Assembly: GCA_032718475.1 (NCBI GenBank) | Contig: JAUCBJ010001981.1 | Location: 1 to 64,000 of the forward strand | Origin: Nemertoderma westbladi | Taxonomy: Eukaryota; Animalia; Xenacoelomorpha | Length of the DNA: 64,000 bases | Reading direction: 5' to 3' | Part shown: positions 11,092-22,500 of the stretch, in pieces | How the letters are laid out: the number at the start of each line of letters is the position of its first letter | How positions within the stretch are numbered: position 1 is the first letter of the stretch | Notes under the pieces: model-generated | The model's database searches: none | What the model saw: the letters and a program-made list of their open reading frames with translations, nothing else | Told to the model about the DNA's origin: nothing | Program-made: the position numbers and the translations under genes

Positions 11092-13534
11092 ATGGCAGGG
11101 ACATCCCCAGAGAGGCCCCCTACCGGTCCCGACAGGAACAAAGCCAGAGTTACAAACGAACCCGCGAAGCGGAAAAAAGGTAAATTTGGAGTAGCTGGTT
11201 AAATATATACTTTAGCCCTTTGCGTAACAACACTTATAAAGGTGGCACACTGCCGCCGTTTTCATTCTAAATAATTGAGGCTCATGCTCATAAAGGCGGC
11301 AGTGTGCCGCCTTTATATAATTATAACTTAACCCCCAGGGCGACAGTGTGCCGCCTTTATATAATTATAACTTAACCCCCAGGGCGGCAGTGTGCCGCCT
11401 TTATATAATTATAACTTAACCCCCAGGGCGGCAGAGTGCCGCCTTTGCAGATTTTATCCTGACCCTTTATTTAAAACCTCTTATAACTATTGGGGCGGAA
11501 AAATGGAGTTCATATTCGAGTAGGGCAGGAAAAACTGGTCTGGAAAAGTTCATTTAATATTGATGATCCGATATATTTATATCGGAGAAAAACTTGCAAG
11601 TAAAATTCCAACTACAGATAGACCCGTGGCCACATTCCTGAAAAACCCAACCCTAAATTCAATGTTTTTGGATACCATTTCTGAAAATGATTTACTGAAA
11701 TGTGCAATGTCTTTGAATAATAAAAAGTCAATCGGGCTTGATGGCGTTGATCCAGTATTAGCACGGTCAGCACTTCCAAAAATTGCAACTCCCTTAACGC
11801 ACATAATTAATTTATCTTTACTCACAGGTGTTGTGCCAGACCAATTAAAATGCGCTAAAGTTGTACCAGTATTTAAAAGGGGTAATAAAAATATAATAAC
11901 AAACTATCGTCCAATTAGCGTACTACCATATTTCTCAAAAATCCTTGAAAAAATTGTAAGCATACAACTCCTCGAATTTATTAAAAGAGAAAAAATATTA
12001 ACCTCAAAACAGTTTGGCTTCCAAACTAAAAAATCAACTGAAACTGCGCTTTCATCTCTGTTACATGACCTTTTGACTGAAAACGAGAATAATAATATCA
12101 CTGTGGGTCTGTTCCTGGACCTCTCTAAGGCGTTTGATACTGTCAACCATAAAATATTAATTCAAAAACTCGAACACTACGGTATTCGTGGGACGCCTTT
12201 GGATTGGTTCAGGAGCTACCTAACAGATCGTCGGCAAAAAGTGCTATTTAAATCGACCCTATCAAATTCTAGTACAATAACTTGTGGCGTTCCACAAGGG
12301 TCTATTCTTGGACCGGTACTATTTCTGATTTATATTAATGATATTACAGAATGTTCATCCATTCTAAATTTTGTTCTTTTTGCCGATGACACGAATATTT
12401 TCCACTCAGGATCTGACTTAAATATACTCATAGATCAACTTAACAGCGAATTACTTAATATATATAAATGGCTTGCAACAAATAAACTATCCCTAAATTT
12501 AGATAAAACTAAGTTTATAATATTTTCTACTAAACAATACAGCTGGGCAAACAAACACATTTTGATTAACGGAAACTTAATCGAAAAAGTAAATGAAATG
12601 AAATTTCTTGGAATTATTATAAGTAGTGATTTAAAATGGAACAAGCATATTCAATACATACGACTAAAAATAGCTAAAAATGTGGGAATTCTTGGTAAAC
12701 TTAAACATTTCATCCCGTACAAAATTCGCCTGACATTATACCACACACTGATCCGCCCATATCTCACATTCGCACTTACGGTATGGGGCAATGGTGCCAG
12801 TTCAAATAGTACAGCTACAAATTCATTACTTATTTTACAAAAAAGGGCAATTCGCTACATACACTTAAAACATTCACAATACCATACAGAGGAACTCATG
12901 AAAACCCAGAACGAATTAACACTATCTAATATATATAAATATCAATGTTTACTTTTCATGTACAAATCTATTAATGGAAAACTAGATCTTCCAGAAAATT
13001 TAAAATCTATTTTAATAGTAAATCGACAGTTTCACAATTACAACACTCGTACAATGTACAATATTCATCTTCCTCTATATCGCAAATCATTAACTCAAAC
13101 TGCAGTAACTTACCAAGGCCCACTATACTGGAATGACCTTCTCCCTGAAATACGCAGATCTCCTACATTAAATCAATTCAAAAATAATCTCAAAAAAGAA
13201 TTACTGACTTCCCAACACAAGGTAAACAAATAAAATACAGTATCTACTGTACATAAGCATAGATATTGTTCAATAAGGAATAAACAAAGACTGCCGAACA
13301 GTGTAATACCAAAATACCAATGAGACATAACTTTATTATTTTATAAGCTTTTTAAGTGCCAAATAAGCTTGCTTCCGGCACCTTAACTAGCACGTTGGTA
13401 CCAGGGGGGGGGGGGGGGGGGGGTGTAGTTTTTTTTTTTTTATATTAATTGCATGTTATAATTATTCACTAAACATTATACAACGAATATTAAAGGCTTG
13501 GGCGGGCCGCTAAACCGTGCCTTATTATTATTAT

Positions 13535-13570
<36 letters not shown>

Positions 13571-16500
13571 CTTGAAAAGGGGATTCCTATTGGTTTGAGA
13601 GTATTTTAATTTACATAATTTATGCAATTTAATTTCAATTTAGCCAATAATTTCGTTACAAAAAATTAAGGAGGCAGTGTGCCGCCCCATGGGGTTCAAA
13701 TGAAAGATTTAAAAATTTCGAAAATGGTTAAAGGCGGCGGTGTGCCGCCTTTTAGAGTAGGATAAGTAATAATCTTTATATAAAAATCTCTGGTACGACA
13801 AGAAAATAAACCTTGGTCCGATCAAAATATTTTTCTTGGTCCTTGGAAGTAAAAATTTATGTAATTTATCTTTGGTACGCAAAGTGTTAAAGCACTCAGT
13901 ACATTCATGACGCTAGAATTTCTATGAAACCCTATTTTTTTTACGAAACTATTACTAATCTATTACGAAACCCAGATTTTTTTATTGACAACGTCAAATA
14001 ATGTTTTTCTATTTTATTTATAATAAAATGAAGTTACTATGTTTAGCTTAAGCTAATACTTTTTACGCCCATTTGAAGAATACCAGGATTTCACTTTTCG
14101 GTCGACTTTTTATTGGAATATTATATATGAAGATTTTAATTTTTTTTATTTATCGTTTATTAAGTGATTTATAGCGCTTATTTCTGTCTTATGAACCTGT
14201 ACAGATACTAATTCGTTTATTGTTTTGGTTAGATTCAGACCTTCTGCATTCTGGGTTTTTAGTGAACAGAACACCTGGTATTCTAACTGCAAAGTGAAAT
14301 ATAACAGCATATAGTCTGGTGTAATTTACATGGGCCCTTTATTCCAGTGCTATTCCTTTAAAACGACTTCTACTCTAAAATAAAGTGATATATAGGCTAG
14401 TGCCTACTCGCTATTAATAAGGAAATCTTAAATTAAAAAAAATTATAATATCAAAAAATAACTGCTTTGCATTTTAGATTTGTCTGATTGGCTAGCTTTA
14501 ACAGAAAACAATGACGGTGCTGGTTCTTGGATTGGGTTAGCCAGACCGAAAACATCGAGTGGCCAATCGGAAGGCGGGTTACAACGTGACGTAACACCTA
14601 CGTCATCAGCCGGCGGTTCGCGAAGAGGGTCTTTTACTTTCAATATCCATGTAAGTCGAAGTCGTTATTGACTTCAAACATAGCAATAATATAGTTGACT
14701 TAGCAAAACAACCAACTACTTCCAAGTTAGCCATTAGCTGACTAAGATTACGCTTGCTGATCATTGACTCGTAATTTCTAGACCACTTAGATAATATTTC
14801 TCAATCTCCCCTGGTTCGTAATGAAAGAAAATGTTTTTTGTCACTCTGCTTTGTGAGATAAAACTCCTAAACAACCAGTTTTTTTTATCTATCATGTTGA
14901 ACAATAACACATTTGTTCATAAATTGTAGAGGAAGGTTTAAGCATTAAAAAAATTATTAATAAAAGTTTCACATCTTCCCATACTTTCTGTTTCCGATAC
15001 TCTCAAGTAATTATGTCGATGGCGGGAATTTCAAACTATAATTATAAAGGCCCCTATAACCTCAATCCTGCTCATGCTGCCTGCAGCGCACTTCTGCAAA
15101 CTTGTCCTGAGGTCAGACTTTATTCACATGTATAATATCATTGTAATACCTGTAAATTGTAATACTATCACAATCCTGCAAGTGTATATGCTGCCACTGC
15201 TCTCTCTCTACCCTGCTCCAACCGATACCACGCCCTCTCGTGTAGGTAGGCCTACCCCTTGCCCTTCAGTCCACCGTCCTGACCGCTCTGTCCACATTAT
15301 CTCCTATCATTAGGCCTATCTCCTAACCACACGCTCCTAACTTTTATTTTATTAACAATTTACCAATTTAAAGTATACCAATTTGAAATTTAATTTTTAC
15401 TATTTCTACTTTTGAGGTCTATCTTATTATTATAATACCTGTAATACAAATATTTTTAGACAGTTGCGGTAGTGTCTTTAGTTCTGTAATTTCATAGTGT
15501 CATATATTACCGCTATACCGGTAGATATGGAAGTTAAAGAAACCCATGAAGTTGATGTCGACACTGTATTTTATGAAATATTTCCGGTAACCGGAAACGA
15601 AGTTGACATCGAGACACTTCTCCTGGATATCTACGCGAATCTTCAGGATTTACTTAACGAGTATATCTGGCATTCCGAGCCGTTTTGTCTGTCAGTCACA
15701 GTCTGTACCGGTACCGGTACCGAGGCCTACCGGTACCTAACTGGACGCACCCACTTCGGCGACAATGTAGACGACGAATGGTTTATAGTTTATATTCTCA
15801 CGAGGTTGACGCGTTTATTCCCCGGTCTGGTCGCCCACGTTGCAGATGGCGACGGCTACTTCCTGCTGGTAGAGGCGGCAAACCTGCTCCCGTCCTGGAT
15901 GGAACCGTCTCGAGTCGGCAACCGGGTCTACCTGTACGCAGGGGCGCTGCACGTGTTGCCTTACGCGCAGCACCCCGGCAACCTGACGCAGTGGCCTTGC
16001 GGGACCCCTCCCTCCCCCGCACAGGGGGCGTTGTGTATCCCGGACAATGCGAAGGTTACCGTCTGCGACCCGTCCGTACAAACCTGTCTGCAAGATAAAC
16101 TCGATAAGTTCGACTCTTTTGATCAGCTTAGTCATCGCGCCGTCTGCTTCCTTCCCTTTGAGGTGGCCGCGGTTCTGGGCTCGACTCCGGGGCTGGTCGC
16201 GCACGCCGTTAACGCCTTCGTTAATCGGGATCCCGCGGATCGCCGCCGCTTCCGAAAACAACTCCGGTTCCGGCCGGAATGCCGCGTTCGCGCGCGGATT
16301 AAGTTCACGAGGTTTCTGTTCGCGCAGCTTCGGTCTCAGTCGTTCTGTGTGGAGCCGCCGTGGTCCGTGTGTGAATCGCGCCCTCCAGCGGCCGAGTCGC
16401 GCCCTTTAGCGGCCGAGTCGCGCCCTCTAGCGGCCGTGTTGCGCCTTCCAGCGGCCGAGTCGCGCCCTCTAGCGGTCGAGTCGCGCCCTCTAGCGGCCGA

Positions 16501-19500
16501 GTCACGCCCCTCAGCGACGGAGATTGAACTCGGCGTTCAGTTAACCTTCGGTTTCGTGTCTATCTTGTCTCGACTACCCCCCCGAACATTCGATGATCTC
16601 GACTTCCGGTTGTGGGACAAATACCTGGAGTCGTTGACCCGTTCCGATTACTTCCGCGGCCAAATGGAAGGATCGAAGTTGCACAGCGAGTTACTAAACA
16701 AAGCGAAATCGTACTTCGGGAAGAATTGCGCGACTATTAAAGGCGAAACGAGCAGATAATAATCCGGGTTTATTAATTAGCGAGGCGTTGGGATCGTTGG
16801 TTACAAGTTGGGAGGATTGGAGAGCGAAGGAAGACTCTGTGGGGCTGTCGGACGGTGAATCCTGGATGGTGGTGAGTAAGGAAGAGTTGGATGGAATGTT
16901 GGAGAGGCGGTATGGTGAGGTTGGGGAGACATCGATGGAGGATGGGGTGCGGAACTTCTTGTATGCGAGTTCGGGGTTCGAAGGGGCAGATTGTGTGGAG
17001 GAGGAATTCTATGGGACGCCGGGTGATTCAGATTCCGATGGAGATTGTGATGAAGTAGTTGGTGGATCCAAGTCTGTGCCGGTAGTTGGCGGATCCAAGT
17101 CTGCGCCGGTAGATATGCGCGCGTATATAGATCAATTGATTTCCGGAGGTTCTGTTCATCATAATCACTTTGGAGGCGTTATAGAAGGTGAGGATGATGA
17201 CAACTCTTCTAACTCTGGTGACTCGTCTGGTGATGTTGGAGACCCTGAGAACGAGGAACTATCCGAAATGTTTGAGTACATGGCCTCCATGGATAGGGAG
17301 TTAGCCGGTACTGCTTTGAGTGAAAGTTTTGTCAGAGTCGGGGATAACGCTCCACCTGTAACTCAATCTCGAGACGTTGCGAGTGCTTCCGGTCGCGTCG
17401 ATGTTGATATGAATTTAGTTAGTAATCTACTCGAATCGTTCTCCAATCAAGCCGGTTTACCCGGCCCAACCTCAACTCTCCTTCGATCTATTGGCGTCAA
17501 CATCGAGGATTATCGGAAACATTGATTCGGATATTTCGATTCAATTATATTATTATTATAGATTGATTTATTTATTATTTCTGAAAATAAAGAAAATAAA
17601 TGAGAATAAAATATTTTGCCTTATTTAAATAATTTTGTTTATATTCCAGTACCGTTTTCCACTTTTCATTAATTTGATTTCGAACATAGAGTTGTTAACC
17701 TAACTGCGTTTTAGGTTAAGATGGTCATTATCATTGGGAGTGTTAGACAATTTAATAGGACAGTTGTTACTAAGCGGAATTTATGAAAGAGGTTTTTGCA
17801 CGTGATGGCGAACGTTGTAGCGTACATAAAAACAGTTGAATGGTAGAAATGGAAATTCTGTAGGTTAAAGGCCTGTTATCGCTGACCTGAGTCAGTTATA
17901 CCTGAGTAATTTGGAATGTTAAAACCTAAAATATAGAATAAAGCTCCAAAACAGCTTTATAATAAAGCTGCATAAAAGTTAAAAAAAGCTTGAAAAAAGC
18001 TCAAAAAAAGGCTGTGTCGAATATCATAATTATCTAAATAAAAAACCCCAATTTATTTAATAATTATCTAATTCTAGAACTAATTCTTGAAAAAAAGCTT
18101 GAAAAAATCTCAAAAAGCATGAAAAAAAGCTCAAAAAGAAAATAGAAAAACAGCTCAAAATACCGCGCACATTAAAAGGCAGCGCGGAAACGGGCCTTGA
18201 ACCAAAAAGGCAGTTGATAGATATTAAGTATCAAACATTGAGACAGTCTGACTGGCCCCGTACAAATATTTGCTTAAATTTTATGCCAAGGCTCACTAAA
18301 TGCGTTACTGGTTGGTCCCTAGCTCAGCTCACAGACAATTGATAATTTCCTTTGATCACATGATAAGGTCGCTCCCATAGGTATGGAAATGTTTGCGGAA
18401 AATAATATCCGCCAATATAATTGGATATCTTAATTATGCTTGGCATTTGGCCATTAATAATTTTTGACTTATTACTATCGGCAGTGCATTGACATGAATC
18501 TGGGGTTATTGAGTCTCGGTATTATACGATTTGAGGGTTATTACATGGAGCACTGTAGCAGCCAACTGATGTTCTGAGCAGCCTGACAACCTTCGACACA
18601 CAATCAAACTCTCATAAAACCATTCGCATTTCCATGATATTCATATTCAGCCTTTTCATATTTTAATTTCCTTTAGGCCAACATTCGGTATTTTTGTAAA
18701 TAAAATTAATTACTTTAATTATATCCTAAATAAAAACACGCATGTCCTACCTAATCGTATGGAATTACTATAACACTTGAAGCCCTGTATTTTTTAAGTT
18801 GTAACACTGTGCAAAAGTTGGTAACACTGAATATATTATTTGTATATTGTTTAAAACTTTACTTTATTTCCTCGCTTTACACTATGCCCGGATTTAACAA
18901 GTCATTACAATATTTACTCCAACCCTACAACCGTAACACACACATCAACGGTGGCTTCAGTCGCCATCACTCCCACCCAGACAATCTAGAAACATTGCGT
19001 CGTCATAGCGATCACGTGACGTCATATGCGTCAGAATTGGATAGTTGCTCAGCAACCGATTCCGATATGACCTCAAATATTAATTACAACGATGAAACGG
19101 TAATAAATTTATTATTAAACATCTAAGTGACGAAAAGTTGCCACGTGTAAACAGGCCTAAATGACCTAGTGACGAAATTTAATTGAAAACGCATGTAATT
19201 CGATGGGATTCACTACTCCCCAGGAGAGGGTGAGAGAGTTCTTTGGTCACTAAACTCATCAAATGTATATTCCTTCAAATCATTTTAACTATGCACAATT
19301 ATTTATCCATGTCATGTAATTTTAATTATTAATTTTAAGTATAGTGCGATATACTTGTCGCCGCATTACATTAAATTATTATTATTGTTTATGAAAAGGT
19401 TTAAAACTACCAATGTCTGACTAAAGCGTTATGGTTTTGTTCTGGAATTGTTATATGTAAGCTACAAGTACTACTACATTTACATATTCGGTTTATACTA

Positions 19501-22500
19501 TTTTAGGAAGATGCTTCTAGGGATTTCGACAAGGCGAGCGTTTCCAGCAAGGATAGACGCGTTAAATCGGCACCGGAGAAATCAATGAGTGAATTGATGG
19601 GGTTAGGAGAGGAGGTCGATATAGATAGTTTGCTAAGGTTGGTTGGTAACACGCCAGTTAGTTATCTTGGGGAACTAAGCCTAGAGTATCTATAGTTGGT
19701 ACTAAATCGCTGCTAATCATTCGCATGAAGTCTTCTCCGTTTCAAGTAATGCAAAGAGCCAGAAGTTAACTATCTATTTGTAAAAGTATAATTTTTATAC
19801 TTCTTCTTTATTTAACCGTTTAATTTAATTCATAATAGTGACTGGCTTAAACATTTTATAGTAGGGCTACTCCTAATATCAGATGGGTGAGACTTTTGAC
19901 GCAATCAAAATCCATCCCTCCCCAGGGGAAAATCGACGCAAATAACAGCTGATTACTCCTGAAAATAAAATTATAACCTGTTCTATTGGGTTTGGTTTAT
20001 TGTTTTGGTTAGAATAACGTGTAATAATATGCTTTTTATAGTTATTCACTTCCAGAATATTGTATGGTAAGGTTATTTATTATAGGATTATAATAGGATT
20101 CTAATTGTAATAGAGACGAAAAAAAACTGTAAATCTATTGTTAAATATTAAATAATTTAATGTTATAATTTATTATAGTAGATCTTGATGCTTGTTAGCT
20201 GCACCTTGCAGAATGCTGCTGCTCACTCAAAGTCCTATTTATCGTCAACATACTATTTTGACATACCGGTTCTGTACTTTGACTAGGAAGGCCTACTGGG
20301 GCAGTATGAACTGCGAAATGAAAGTAATTGATGTTGTCCCTGTTCTGGGTGTACCAGTTTACTGGCCTAACTTTCTAGCTGTGGACGCTACTAGATTCTT
20401 ACCAGTAGCGTATAAACCATTCTCACTTTAAACTGTATAATGCTTTCCCATCAGCCATATAAAGTTGCGTACATTATACAGGGTACATATCTACTAAGTT
20501 TCGAAATATTTTCATTTACTAAAGAAACAATAATTAGTAAGTTGTTTTATTCGGTATATTATAATTTGTTTGTTGTCTAGGAAACAATCAGCACCACCGA
20601 CGGCTTCTGCTGGAGGGAAGCCCCCACGTACACCGTTGCCCCTACCAACATCCAATGAAAGCGCTTCCAGAGATACGTCGATCAAGGGAAGTGTCAAGTA
20701 AGTGTGAGCCTCTAGTAAGTGTGAGCCACTAGTAAGTGTGAACCACTAGTAAGTGTGAGCCACTAGTAAGTGTGAGCCACTAGTAAGTGTGAGCCACTAG
20801 TAAGTGTGAGCCACTAGTAAGTGTGAGCCTCTAGTAAGTGTGAGACACTAGTAAGTGTGAATCTCTATTAAGTGTGAGCCACTAGTAAGTGTGAGCCACT
20901 AGTAATTGTGAACCACTATTAAGTGTGAGCCACTAGTAAGTGTGAGCCACTAGTAAGTGTGAGCCACTAGTAATTGTGAGCCCCTAGTAAGTGTGAGTCA
21001 CTAGTAAGTGCGAGCCACTAGTAAGTGTGAGCCACTAGTGAGTGTGAGCCACTAGTAAGTGTGAACCACTAGTAAGTGTGAGCCACTAGTAAGTGTGAGC
21101 CACTAGTAAGTGTGAGCCACTAGTAAGTGTGAGCCACTATTAAGTGTGAGCCACTAGTAAGTGTGAGCCACTAGTAAGTGTGAGCCACTAGTAATTGTGA
21201 GCCCCTAGTAAGTGTGAGTCACTAGTAAGTGCGAGCCACTAGTAAGTGTGAGCCACTAGTAAGTGTGAGCCACTAGTAAGTGTGAACCACTAGTAAGTGT
21301 GAGCCACTAGTAAGTGTGAGCCACTAGTAATTGTGAACCACTATTAAGTGTGAGCCACTAGTAAGTGTGAGCCACTAGTAAGTGTGAGCCACTAGTAATT
21401 GTGAGCCCCTAGTAAGTGTGAGTCACTAGTAAGTGCGAGCCACTAGTAAGTGTGAGCCACTAGTAAGTGTGAGCCACTAGTAAGTGTGAGCCACTAGTAA
21501 GTGTGAGCCACTAGTAATTGTGAGCCCCTAGTAAGTGTGAGTCACTAGTAAGTGCGAGCCACTAGTAAGTGTGAGCCACTAGTAAGTGTGAGCCACTAGT
21601 AAGTGCGAGCCAGCAGTAAGTGTGAGCCACTAGTAAGTGTGAGCCACTAGTAAGTGTGAGCCACTAGTAAGTGTGAGCCACTAGTAATTGTGAGCCCCTA
21701 GTAAGTGTGAGTCACTAGTAAGTGCGAGCCACTAGTAAGTGTGAGCCACTAGTAAGTGTGAGCCACTAGTAAGTGCGAGCCAGCAGTAATTGTGAGCCCC
21801 TAGTAAGTGTGAGCCACTAGTAAATGTGAACCACTAGTAAGTGCGAGCCACTAGTAAGTGTGAGCCACTAGTAAGTGTGAGCCACTAGTAAGTGTGAGCC
21901 ACTAGTAATTGTGAGCCCCTAGTAAGTGTGAGTCACTAGTAAGTGCGAGCCACTAGTAAATGTGAACCACTAGTAAGTGTGAGCCACTAGTAAGTGTGAG
22001 CCACTAGTAAGTGTGAGCCACTAGTAAGTGTGAGCCACTAGTAAGTGTGAGCCACTAGTAAGTGTGAGCCACTAGTAATTGTGAGCCCCTAGTAAGTGTG
22101 AGTCACCAGTAAGTGCGAGCCACTAGTAAGTGTGAGCCACTAGTAAATGTAAACCACTAGTAAGTGTGAGCCACTAGTAAGTGTGAGCCACTAGTAAGTG
22201 TGAGCCACTAGTAAATGTGAACCACTAGTAAGTGTGAGCCACTAGTAAGTGTGAGCCACTAGTAAGTGTGAGCCACTAGTAAGTGTGAGCCACTAGTAAG
22301 TGTGAGCCACTAGTAAATGTGAACCACTAGTAAGTGTGAGCCACTAGTAAGTGTGAGCCACTAGTAAGTGTGAGCCACTAGTAAGTGTGAGCCACTAGTA
22401 ATTGTGAGCCACTAGTAAGTGTGAGCCACTAGTAAGTGTGAGCCACTAGTAAGTGTGAGCCACTAGTAAGTGTGAGCCACTAGTAAGTGTGAGCTACTAG

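Noticed and set aside
16711-16723. 13-nt GT..AG micro-intron fixing the ECD frameshift
   Set aside because: Far shorter than any intron modelled here (shortest 92 nt), and it would delete the conserved YF residues.
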